Below are positions 38,201-46,029 of a stretch of DNA of 64,000 bases, one piece after another. The first letter of the stretch is position 1; each line of letters begins with the position of its first letter. Source of the stretch: an uncultured Pseudomonadota bacterium (lineage in GTDB: Bacteria; Oederibacteriota; Muellerivitia; Muellerivitales; Muellerivitaceae); assembly GCA_963770835.1 (NCBI GenBank), contig CAVYRH010000005.1:256001-320000 (forward strand), given 5' to 3'. The notes below the pieces were generated by a model. It was not told where the DNA came from and made no database searches. It worked only from the letters and a program-made list of their open reading frames with translations. The position numbers and the translations under genes were made by a program.

Positions 38201-40534
38201 GACACCCAAAATTACGGCGTCACCTTGAGCGGGGCGGTGAGCACGGACAGCCCCAGCTATTACGGCACCCTCTATAAGAACGGCACCGGCACCCTCTACC
38301 TGCGGGGGAGCACCGGGCCCCTGGTCGGCTACCAGGTCAACGGGGGCTTCCTGAATATCCTCAACGATTCGGCCCTGGGAGTGAGCGAGCTGGCCGTCAA
38401 CCTCAACGGCGGCGGACTGCAATACGGCGACAGCACCTCTTCCAGCGTGACGGTCTATTTGAACCCCGGCAGCTCCGATTTCCTGGACACACAGGCCTAC
38501 AGCGTCACCTTGAACGGCCAGATCACCATCGATGTGACCGGCTCCACCGAAGCCTTGAGCAAGATGGGGTCCGGCACCCTTCTCTTGAACGGGCAGGCCA
38601 ACTTCACCGGCCCCTTGAGCATCCTGGCGGGGACCCTGCAACAGGGTTCGGTGACGGCGTTGGGAAATGCCTATGACCTGTTCGTCAATACGGGAGCGGT
38701 CTTTGACTTGAACCACTTCAACGGGACCCTCGGTTCATTGAGCGGAGGCGGTGCGGTTTCCATGGAAACGGCTGGCCTGGCCTTGGGGGATTTCAACTCG
38801 ACCACCTTCGGCGGGGTGATTTCGGGCACCGGCGGGCTGACCAAGCAGGGGACGGGCACCGAGGTTTTGGACGGAATCAACACCTACACGGGTGGAACGA
38901 CGGTATTGGCGGGCAACTTGGAGGTGGGGGATGTCAATGACCCCGGCGCGGTGATCGCGGGCGGGGTGACTGTGGCCGCAAACGGCACCCTTTCCGGCCA
39001 TGGAACCGTCCTTGGCGCCGTCAATAATAACGGGACCGTGTCGCCGGGAGGTACGGTGGGTGTGCTGACGGTGGGCAATTACAACCAGACAGCCAACGGA
39101 AGGCTGGACATGGAAATCTCACCTAGCCAAGGAAGCCTCCTCGACGTGACAGGGACCGCCCATTTGGGCGGGGCCCTGACCGTGACCGCCGACCCCGGTG
39201 GTTTTGGCGTCCGGGACAGCTATGTGCTGCTCACTTCCGGATCGTCCCTGCTTGGAACCTTCTCCTCATTCGGCGACAATCTTTCCGGAATGACGCCCAC
39301 GCTCTCCTACGGGACCGATGCGGTGACGCTGACCCTGACCCGGCTGAACGCCTTTTCGCCTTATGTCCAGACGCCAAACCAGGGATTGGTGGCCGATGCG
39401 CTCAACCAGAACATCCCCACGGCCCAGGGGGAGCTTTTGGCAAAGATGGGTGAGATAGTCAACCTTCCCTCGGGGCAATCACAGGTTTTAAATGAACTTC
39501 AAGGGCAGATTTACACGGCGCTGCCCAACGTGATGCTCAACAACTTGCAGTTCGAGGACAACCTATTGTTCTCGAGACTAGACGGCTCGGTGGGCCCGTC
39601 GATGAACCCAGCGCAAGCCGCCATGGTGGGAAGCATCCTGTCCGGAGACGCGAACCAGATGGGGCAGGCCGCCAACGCGGCTCCCCTGGCCTCGGTCAAG
39701 GCCCAGGGCCTTTGGATCCAGAACACCGACAACTTCGGGTCGGTGGCGGGGAACAGTGAAGTGACGGGCTTCAATCAGTCCGATTATGGCTTCCTGGGCG
39801 GCTATGACACCGAACTCCTGCCGGGCCTCACCGGCGGGCTGATGGGAGGATATGTCCACACCAACGTAACGGCCCAGGATGGCAGCGGCCAGACGGGGGT
39901 GGACGGAGTCCAATTCGGGGTCTATGGAAACCAAACTTTGGATAAGTTCGACATTCGTTTAGTGGCGGGGTATGGGACAAACCACTTCACCACGAACCGC
40001 ACCATTTCCATCGGCAGCGACCTAAACCTGGTTCAAGGAACCACCGACGGCAGCCAGATCATGGCGGCCCTGCAGGGGGATTACCGGATGGAGGTTTCAG
40101 GGGTTTCGGTGAAACCCCTCGTGGGAATGGAATACGCCCATCTCGGCGAGAACGCCTTTACGGAGACAGGTTCCAGCGGCTTGAACCTGGCCATGCCCAG
40201 CCAGTCCTACGATTCCTTGAGGCCCTATATCGGCGTGAACGGGGCCAAGGCCTATGGCTTGGGCGGGGACATGAAATTGACGCCGATGGTGAACCTCTCC
40301 GCCAGTGAGGAATTGATAAACAACGCAGGGCAGTTCCAGGCGGCCTTGGGCGGCGCGCCCGGAAACAGCTTCACGGTGACGGGAATCACACCTTCGGCCA
40401 CCCTTTTCGGAGTCGGAGCGGGCCTGGACCTAGCCTTCGGCGCCCCAGTCAATCTTTTTGCCTCTTATAAAGGATATTTCAGCGGGACAGAATCCCTGAA
40501 TACCTTCAGCGGTGGATTAAGCCTAAGTTTCTAA
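32297..40534 (+). CDS. giant glycine-rich autotransporter (type Va) adhesin
   Basis: signal peptide ending LHAQ, GGxGG passenger, PATR-like repeats (LTKQGTGT.VL.G.NTYTGGT), C-terminal beta-barrel ending LSLSF. Confidence 0.92.
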   Translation: MSTKPQYRFSLARFFLPFAFGLFATSLHAQSASVTASTAIGDDSTGSLGAAITALDATSSGGNIQITFPNNSSISLLQFIGNGTQPITMISPNGGVSFGLIGNNANNGSTNYNFTQLTLGLNVGFNLTNSGPTTVSTDTNDSAGFNITSLTLNSGSQLSVTFGPGQIGTSDANGAVGGNAYVTVGGATSLNGGTLQLLGGTGGQGGVNGGSGSTGGAVSLSLGPLSGSGTLNLQGGTGGQGNSGGGYANGGDGGSVLALMGPVSLSNSALTVEGGTAGAAQNGTISNGGSGGSAGVSMQSLYLNDTSTLFAGGNGAVGGAGAQAQSGQNGGNGGSGGALGVTLGDFTMTGSSYSLGAIGGNGGAGGAGGNSNTTTTNGNGGTGGTGGTGGGALFTAGAVSMAGTNLSLEVLGGNGNSGGNGGYANPDGSGGSGGNAGDGGNSVFDSTSLSLAGASVTVQGGAGGNGGNGSTGGSWDMGSSYAGFTGGQGGQGGNGGSAGLTTTSSLSLRSAATLTVVGGTGGNAGQGGSAGNGDYGADAGGTGANGNDSGDGGQGGNGGNSSIPVTSISSGTTTISDTSPGQTGGNANLQTSNLSMGVSDQLTLSGGNGGVGGTPVTSVSAGVTTITANSGGPGGAAGYYSAGAGSPDTSGYVSSTGGNGGNGGSGGGGGLGGNGGNGGNASLSAGAVSLGSYDLLAVTGGAGGMPVTTVSSSGGQTIVTVYSGGNGGGGNGGSVGGTGSYGRNDGNGGNGGAGGTGGFGGDGGAGGNASMAVSSLTLAGDGDMVDVTGGAGGNGGTAGSGAQGGLGGSDNGGVASYNQSGTNGDGGYGGNGGGGGFGGAGGILTQSINNSGVTTTNVVSGGNAALTVSGTLLMQGSGDEVNVAGGAGGTGGLAGNGNQGASGGMGASSDNAGTSAPGGNGGYGGFGGFGGNGGNAGVSLGMLDMAGTNEIFNVTGGAGGNGGFGGEGGNGGPGGQGADGGSCSGCSGGQGGNSGYGSAVAYFNSQFNFTSGGFGGFGGNGGNAGLTVGSLSMGVSGDILNVAGGAGGGGGFAGAGGNAVTAGAGGTGQNGAPGGNGAPGGNGGAGGGGGNGGAATLVAGLATMVSGTAVSVTGGNGGAGGGGGNGGNGGTGGVGASGSSGLNGGFGGNGGAGNNGGGAGMGGEGGMGGNASVSLGSLNMASNSTFAVLGGNGGYGGISGSGGEGGNGASGGNGGDGYQIVTTVISDTVAIIGFIPTAGLSAGIVDLTLGIYVQAENQEQLEVVQPPPNSGLPDYNPVSLQGGNGGNGGNAFYNGVTLNMASGDNFTVAGGYGWNGSNNGFGGSDGVTGTNGSNGNNIGGGFGGGAGPGGVGGSSGGGGTAGSGGNGGYGGNAWVTLGAVTELGNMGGQSTTFLVGGGAGGVGGSGIFGQGSTITVGTGGNGGAGGNAAVSINSMALVGAQAWVTGGAGGQGGASVSESGGTGGLGGNAAMTVGSLFSEASTVGILGGAGGTAGADGGSGAAGGAASLMAGGVTLVSGSTTLVNGTVNTYTSLLNVQGGKGGSVLAGQGGLSGANGGNAFAQIGTLAVQNSTVTVAGGMGGNADNGGINGTGGSGGGATLVSSNLNILSGSILVAGGAGGTGGGAGAGGNGGNANWGGGGNVTLSGPVSVMGGLGGNGGQGNSGASGSGGAGGNGGSVALDMQNLTIVSGSLLNIAGGGGGTDDYSSQNYGGGAGNGGSGSLTITGTLSLSSGATLDVSAGEAGLAVGSDPAGTNGSASVSIGNILGNGTIDITGQGQSTFQIGGFGGFGGTLEGTTQMDVNGAYVTLTGNNTYSGGTSISNGGILTVADGNSLGAAGTTIDLNVGTLRIGSDSNVSQPLDMVNRGFVDAMGNAVTLSGAISGPGALWLYGNEYSGIYGGPGTIALTGDNTFSGGLTVNMYTTLNAVNDNNFGAASNLLDMMGQSTLQAGANFDVNHVISLDEGSASLDTQNYGVTLSGAVSTDSPSYYGTLYKNGTGTLYLRGSTGPLVGYQVNGGFLNILNDSALGVSELAVNLNGGGLQYGDSTSSSVTVYLNPGSSDFLDTQAYSVTLNGQITIDVTGSTEALSKMGSGTLLLNGQANFTGPLSILAGTLQQGSVTALGNAYDLFVNTGAVFDLNHFNGTLGSLSGGGAVSMETAGLALGDFNSTTFGGVISGTGGLTKQGTGTEVLDGINTYTGGTTVLAGNLEVGDVNDPGAVIAGGVTVAANGTLSGHGTVLGAVNNNGTVSPGGTVGVLTVGNYNQTANGRLDMEISPSQGSLLDVTGTAHLGGALTVTADPGGFGVRDSYVLLTSGSSLLGTFSSFGDNLSGMTPTLSYGTDAVTLTLTRLNAFSPYVQTPNQGLVADALNQNIPTAQGELLAKMGEIVNLPSGQSQVLNELQGQIYTALPNVMLNNLQFEDNLLFSRLDGSVGPSMNPAQAAMVGSILSGDANQMGQAANAAPLASVKAQGLWIQNTDNFGSVAGNSEVTGFNQSDYGFLGGYDTELLPGLTGGLMGGYVHTNVTAQDGSGQTGVDGVQFGVYGNQTLDKFDIRLVAGYGTNHFTTNRTISIGSDLNLVQGTTDGSQIMAALQGDYRMEVSGVSVKPLVGMEYAHLGENAFTETGSSGLNLAMPSQSYDSLRPYIGVNGAKAYGLGGDMKLTPMVNLSASEELINNAGQFQAALGGAPGNSFTVTGITPSATLFGVGAGLDLAFGAPVNLFASYKGYFSGTESLNTFSGGLSLSF

Positions 40535-40538
40535 GTCC

Positions 40539-41105
40539 TTATTTTCCAGCCAAGTCTTGGACCGAGGAATCGATCTGCTCGGGAGTCACCTTGGAGTCGA
40601 ATCTCTGGACCGCCTTCCCATCCTTGCCGATTAGGAACTTTGTGAAATTCCAGCCGATGTCGGACTTGCTGCCGGTACCGGGCTGGGCCCCCTTCAGGAA
40701 TTTGTAAAGCGGGTCGGCGTTATCGCCGTTGACCTCGATCTTAGCGAAAAGCGGGAAAGTGACGCTGTACTTGGTGGAACAGAAGGTCTTGATCTCCTCC
40801 GCTGTGCCGGGCTCCTGGGCCCCGAATTGGTTGCAGGGAAAGCCCAAAATCACGAATCCCTTGTCCTTGTACTTCTCATAAAGCTTCTCCAAACCTGCGT
40901 ATTGCGGGGTAAATCCGCAATGGCTGGCCACGTTGACGATGAGAAGCGTTTTGCCCTTGTAATGGTCCAGGGTGACCGGCTTCCCGTCGATGGTGCTCTC
41001 CTTGAACTGATAAACCGTGTCTTGCGTCATGTTGTCCCCCCAAACCCAAGAATGGACCACCCCAACCGCCAAAACTGCCGCCAACGTCAAAACGAGCTTT
41101 TTCAT
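40539..41105 (-). CDS. Cys-type glutathione peroxidase with export signal
   Basis: NVASHCGFTPQY, GFPCNQFG.QEPG and WNFTKFL motifs; GGAGG RBS before MKK. Confidence 0.95.
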   Translation of the reverse strand: MKKLVLTLAAVLAVGVVHSWVWGDNMTQDTVYQFKESTIDGKPVTLDHYKGKTLLIVNVASHCGFTPQYAGLEKLYEKYKDKGFVILGFPCNQFGAQEPGTAEEIKTFCSTKYSVTFPLFAKIEVNGDNADPLYKFLKGAQPGTGSKSDIGWNFTKFLIGKDGKAVQRFDSKVTPEQIDSSVQDLAGK

Positions 41106-41175
41106 GAAGACCTCCCGATGAATTGAATATAGTCTTGAATAACGAGAGGGTGAAATCAAGGTTACAAGAACTTTT

Positions 41176-42363
41176 TCAAACCACCTGTCCGGCTGCCCAC
41201 CCTGAAGACCAGGCCCATTGGAAGTTGTAGCCGCCTAATTGGCCGGTGACGTCCACGACCTCACCAATGAAGTAAAGTCCCGGAATCTTCTTGCATTCCA
41301 TGGTTTTGGAGGAAAGTTCGTCCGTATCCACCCCGCCCCGGGTCACCTCCGCTTTGGAGTAACCCATGGTGGAAGCGGGGGTTAAAGTAAAGCTTTGAAG
41401 GAGGCGGCTAAAGTCGCTGATCTTCTTGCCGGATAACTGAAGAAGGTTGGCGTGGGGCGGAAGTTCCAGTTCACAAAGCCTTTCGGCCAGCCGTTGGGGA
41501 AGGAGATCGCCTAAGAGGGTTTTCACCTCGGATTTGACCCCTTTCTCCTTTTTCTTCAAGAACCACTCTTCCAGGCTCCCGGGCTCAAAGGACGGCAGGA
41601 AATTGATCTCAACCGGGTCGTCGGTCTCCCAATAAAGGGAAGCCTGGAGTGCGGCCGGGCCGCTCAAGCCCGCGTGGGTGAAAAGCACGTTCTCCGGGAA
41701 AGACGCCTTGTTGCAGCTGACCAGGGCATCGACCGATACCCCGGTGAGGTCCCCGAAGCGCTTTAAATCCTCCTGGTTGAACCGGAACCCGTCCAGGGCC
41801 GGGGATGGGTAGACGACCTTGAGGGCGAATTGATGGGCGATGCGGTAACCAAAATCCGTGGCGCCGACCTTGGGGATGGAAAGGCCGCCCGTGGCGATGA
41901 CAAGGGAATCACAGGAAAAATCCCTTTGATCCGTTTTGATCTCAAACCCCCCGGGCTTCTGCACTTTCTCGCACTTGTGATTCATGAAAAAATGGACACC
42001 GGCTTTTTCGCACTCTGAAACCAGCATTTCGACGATGTCCTTCGCCGAATGGTCACAAAAAAGCTGACCAAGTTTCTTTTCGTGGAAGGGGATTTGGTGT
42101 TCCTTAACGAGATTTATAAAATCCGTGGGGGTGAAGCGGGACAAGGCGGATTTGCAGAAGTGGGGGTTTTGGGAGACATAGTTTTCCGGCCCTGCGCCCG
42201 TATTGGTGAAGTTGCACCGGCCCCCGCCGGAAATGAGGATTTTCGCCCCCACTTTATCGGCGTGGTCAAGGAGAGCCACCTTTCGGCCCCTTTTGCCCGC
42301 TTCCCGGGCGCACATTAGGCCCGCGCCGCCCGCGCCGATGACCACCACATCGAAGGTTTCCAT
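41176..42363 (-). CDS. HI0933/BaiN family FAD-dependent oxidoreductase
   Basis: GAGGAG, SGGGRCNFTN, ATGGLS.P and GGYNFQWAWSSG motifs. Confidence 0.94.
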   Translation of the reverse strand: METFDVVVIGAGGAGLMCAREAGKRGRKVALLDHADKVGAKILISGGGRCNFTNTGAGPENYVSQNPHFCKSALSRFTPTDFINLVKEHQIPFHEKKLGQLFCDHSAKDIVEMLVSECEKAGVHFFMNHKCEKVQKPGGFEIKTDQRDFSCDSLVIATGGLSIPKVGATDFGYRIAHQFALKVVYPSPALDGFRFNQEDLKRFGDLTGVSVDALVSCNKASFPENVLFTHAGLSGPAALQASLYWETDDPVEINFLPSFEPGSLEEWFLKKKEKGVKSEVKTLLGDLLPQRLAERLCELELPPHANLLQLSGKKISDFSRLLQSFTLTPASTMGYSKAEVTRGGVDTDELSSKTMECKKIPGLYFIGEVVDVTGQLGGYNFQWAWSSGWAAGQVV

Positions 42364-42607
42364 GGGCCTATCCTATGCAAAACTCCATTTGAATCCATCG
42401 AAACAAGAGGTAGGGCGTCGTGCCTTTCTTCGGTATCCTGTGTTTTCCCGGGAATTGAAAAATTTACCAAGAGAAGTATTGCAAACCCCGGAAACTAGGT
42501 GACAATGTTGCCACGCCCGCTGGTTTTGAAGAACCGAATATCCGAGGGCGGGCGAGGTTGGCCATGAGGTGCAGGGGTTTTCGGACGATTGATTCCAGGG
42601 GCCATTT

Positions 42608-44917
42608 ATGAACGTCCCCAAAATATTTTTGCTTCTTTTTTCCGCGATATTTTTGACCACTGTACCCGGCTGGTCGGCGGTGGACGCGACCTCGACCCAG
42701 GCTACTTTTTCCTCGGTCACCGGAAATGTAACCCTCCAAGGCCCCAACTCCAAAAAGAAAACAACGGTCAACCTTAACTCCACGGCCCAGGAGGGCGACC
42801 GGGTCACCACCGGGAAAGATTCTTCGGCCACGCTGGTCCTCTTCGATGGCTCCCAACTGCAAATCGGCGCCCAATCCTCCCTTATCCTTTCCAGCCTTCA
42901 AAAACCCTCCGCGCTCGACAAGATTTTAAAATTCAGACTTTTGGTGGGCCGGGTTTTGGCGAAAGTAATGAAACTTACTTCGGCCAAATCCTCCTTTGAA
43001 ATCCAGGCGGGCGGGGTGGTTTGCGGCGTGCGGGGGACGGTCTACTCGATGCACTACCAACCCGAAGCCCAAACGGTGGATTTGTCCGTTACCGAGGGAA
43101 CGGTTTATACCTCGGTGAACGGCGGGCCCGCGAGCAACGTCAACGCCGGCCAGACCCTGCATCTCACCAAGGTTTCGGGTTCTAATTCCAATGGCAACTC
43201 GACATCGACCGGAACAGGGTCCAAGTCCAAAGGCCAGCAGCAGGCGTCTTCTACGAGTAATTCCGGCAATGGAACCGGCGGCGCCGGCACTACGCTGACA
43301 AACGGCGGAGTCGTTATCGGAAAGGGAACCGGCAACGGCGGAGCCGGGTTAGGCGCGAGCAATACCGCAGCTTATAGCAATCCTGGGGGAACCACGGTGG
43401 TTTACGGCGGGAGCACCACAGTGGTATACGGCGAAACCACCACTAAGGTTGTCAACGGGGTCACCGTGGTCACCTACGGCGAATCCACCACATTGAAAAA
43501 CGGCGGAGTCGGTTTAAGCCCAAACAAACTCTCATCCTATAGTGGGGGCATCACCACCTACTCAAACCCCATTACCAGTAAAAGCGGCCAGGATTCCTGG
43601 CTTGCCCCCGGCTCGGGTTCAGGCGGTGGCGGTTCCACCGGAACCTCGAATACCGGCGTCAACTCCACCGGGTCTTCCGGTAACGGCGCCAACACCAGCA
43701 ACGGAGCTAACGGGAACAGCGGCGGTCCTTCCACCTTCACTAATACTTTGACCAGCAAGGCCGGTCAGGATTCCTGGCTCGGCCCCGGCTCGGGCACCGG
43801 CGGTTCCCCCGGAGCCTCGAATACCGGGAACGGCAACGGCTCCGGCAAACACATCCGAAAAGCCAGCCCCTATCTGAGTATGGGCAATACGACTGGAAAC
43901 AACGGCTCGAACGGGAAAAACATCAACATCACCAGTTTCAGCTTTAACACCGGCGCCACTACGTTGACCTCCTCCCAATCCAACACCATCAGCGGTACCG
44001 TCAGCGCGACGGACAGTTGGTTGGGCCCGGGCTCAGGGAGCTCGAACTCCTCCAACGGGAATGGCGGCGCCACCAAGAGCAACGGCGTCAGTGCCACTGG
44101 TGCGACGGACGATTGGAACGCCCAGGGCCCGACGAATTCGACCTCCTCCCAATCCAACACCATCAGCGGTACCGTCAGCGCGACGGACAATTGGCTGGGC
44201 CCGGGCCCAGGGAGTTCGAACTCCTCCAATGGCAACAGCGGCAGCAGTTCCGCTTCCCCTACCATTGCCGGCCCCGGCAACAACATTAACTACAGCGGCA
44301 CTCTCACCATCAACTCCACCAGCACCCTCACCGTCACGGGCGGGAACCTGGGCAACATTGGCAACGGCGGCATCAGCTTCACCACCACCAGCCCCGCCAC
44401 ACTGACAGGCGTGAACCTGGGCAATAACGCGGGTACCGGCATTATTACCTTCAACCCCAACAGCATCGTCACCCTGACGGGTGTGAACCTCGGCCCTGCC
44501 CCAGGCAACGGCACCTTTACCTTCATTCCCAGCAGTACCGTCACCGTGACGGGTGTAAACCTCGGCCCGGGCCCGGGCAACGGCACCTTCACCCTCAACG
44601 GCAACAGTACGATCGGGTTCACCGGCGCGAATTCCGGTACAGGCAACAACCCCTATACCGTCACTGTCACCGTCACCGCAACCAACCCCGCCACCCTCAC
44701 GGGCCTCAACATTGGCCCTGGCCCCGGCAACGCCACAGTCACCTTCATCCCCACCAACCCCGTTCCCACCGTCAACAACCTTGATAACCCGGCCCTGACC
44801 GTGTTGGACACTACCTTCCAGTCGGGCATCCTGGTGAACGGCGAGAACGGCCTGGGCCTTGCCAACCGCAACCAGGTCATCCTTCTGCTGGTCCCTCCCC
44901 AAGAGGCCGTACCATGA
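42608..44917 (+). CDS. exported FecR-domain protein with a long G/S/N/T-rich repetitive tail
   Basis: signal peptide; GDRVTTG.DS.A.L...DGS, VCGVRGT and V.EG.V FecR motifs; DSWLGPG and LTGVNLGP repeats. Confidence 0.82.
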   Translation: MNVPKIFLLLFSAIFLTTVPGWSAVDATSTQATFSSVTGNVTLQGPNSKKKTTVNLNSTAQEGDRVTTGKDSSATLVLFDGSQLQIGAQSSLILSSLQKPSALDKILKFRLLVGRVLAKVMKLTSAKSSFEIQAGGVVCGVRGTVYSMHYQPEAQTVDLSVTEGTVYTSVNGGPASNVNAGQTLHLTKVSGSNSNGNSTSTGTGSKSKGQQQASSTSNSGNGTGGAGTTLTNGGVVIGKGTGNGGAGLGASNTAAYSNPGGTTVVYGGSTTVVYGETTTKVVNGVTVVTYGESTTLKNGGVGLSPNKLSSYSGGITTYSNPITSKSGQDSWLAPGSGSGGGGSTGTSNTGVNSTGSSGNGANTSNGANGNSGGPSTFTNTLTSKAGQDSWLGPGSGTGGSPGASNTGNGNGSGKHIRKASPYLSMGNTTGNNGSNGKNINITSFSFNTGATTLTSSQSNTISGTVSATDSWLGPGSGSSNSSNGNGGATKSNGVSATGATDDWNAQGPTNSTSSQSNTISGTVSATDNWLGPGPGSSNSSNGNSGSSSASPTIAGPGNNINYSGTLTINSTSTLTVTGGNLGNIGNGGISFTTTSPATLTGVNLGNNAGTGIITFNPNSIVTLTGVNLGPAPGNGTFTFIPSSTVTVTGVNLGPGPGNGTFTLNGNSTIGFTGANSGTGNNPYTVTVTVTATNPATLTGLNIGPGPGNATVTFIPTNPVPTVNNLDNPALTVLDTTFQSGILVNGENGLGLANRNQVILLLVPPQEAVP

Positions 44918-46029
44918 GGCCCTGGAAAACCCGGCTCCTATGCCTTTTCATTTGGATACTTTCCGGTGCGGTTTTCGCGGGCCAGTTGGGCCTGGGCTTC
45001 CAATACCAAAACTGGTCCACCAACAGCAGCGCGCCGTGGAATGGAAATGAATTCCTGGTGCCGCTCACACTCTCCTTCGACCCTGTTAAGGACTTCAACC
45101 TTTACGTCCAAGGCGAATTCGCCAACGGCCAGTACACCGACCCCATCAACAGTACCCAAAACCTCGGCGATTTTTCCGATACGGTGGTGGGCGGCAAGAT
45201 CGGCTTTCAAAGTTTTTCCGTTCCTTCCTTGGTGGACATCGCGGTCAATCTCCCGACGGGGAACCAGGCCTGGGAAACCGAAACGCAGAAGGCCAATATC
45301 CCCGCCGAATTCGTGGATTACCGGTACGTAGCCAAGGGCTTCGGCCTCAGCGGGATTTACGGGATCGCCCTGCCGGCAGGCGCCACCCAGTACGGAGTGG
45401 GCTTAGGTTATTTTTATTCCGGAGCCCTCAACCCTTTTTCCAATTCGGTGGATAACCTGAAGCTGGGGGACTCGATGTTCCTGTCCGTGAACCAGGTAAC
45501 TAAATTCCCTGCAAACCAAACCCAATCCATCACCGCCTCTGCCTATTACTTCCTGCCCACCCTCCAAGACAACCAGGATTACCTTTGGATGGGGCCCAAT
45601 CTCAACCTTTCCTACAGCTGGACCAATCCCGCGGCCTTTTCCTTCGAGGCTGGCGTCCAGTATTTCCTGCCAGCCCAGACGGCGGTCAACGGCCAATGGG
45701 TGGCCGAGCCCCATAACTCTTTAGGCGCCCGGCTTTACTTGGACCCCTCATGGGCCTTCGGCGATTTCCTCTTAACGGGTCGGGTGAAATACGTTTTAGC
45801 GAACGGCTATAATTCCAGCCCCAGTGATCTTTCTTATGACGGCGGGGGGTTTCTGCTGGGGATTGAACCTTCGTACAAAATCAAGCTGGATAAGGAATCC
45901 GCTTTGAGGGTTTCGGCTTCTTACGACTACATAAACGCCGATGGCTATGGGACCGATTCCCTGGGAAACCGCGTGGACGTTCTCTTTAACCGGTGGACGG
46001 TGGGGGCCGACTATGAAATCAAACTATAA
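44914..46029 (+). CDS. putative outer-membrane beta-barrel protein
   Basis: signal peptide, alternating aromatic strands, NLPTG, terminal WTVGADYEIKL. Confidence 0.72.
   Translation: MRPWKTRLLCLFIWILSGAVFAGQLGLGFQYQNWSTNSSAPWNGNEFLVPLTLSFDPVKDFNLYVQGEFANGQYTDPINSTQNLGDFSDTVVGGKIGFQSFSVPSLVDIAVNLPTGNQAWETETQKANIPAEFVDYRYVAKGFGLSGIYGIALPAGATQYGVGLGYFYSGALNPFSNSVDNLKLGDSMFLSVNQVTKFPANQTQSITASAYYFLPTLQDNQDYLWMGPNLNLSYSWTNPAAFSFEAGVQYFLPAQTAVNGQWVAEPHNSLGARLYLDPSWAFGDFLLTGRVKYVLANGYNSSPSDLSYDGGGFLLGIEPSYKIKLDKESALRVSASYDYINADGYGTDSLGNRVDVLFNRWTVGADYEIKL

Noticed and set aside
40539..41105. Selenocysteine glutathione peroxidase
   Set aside because: The active-site codon is TGC (Cys) and there is no in-frame TGA.
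42557..42590. Possible extra boundary site TTGGCCA...CGGACGA upstream of the FecR gene
   Set aside because: The spacer is 17 bp and lacks the CGGGGA core.
43560..44240. Diversity-generating retroelement TR/VR pair
   Set aside because: The repeats lie within one ORF, differences are not adenine-specific and there is no RT gene in the window.
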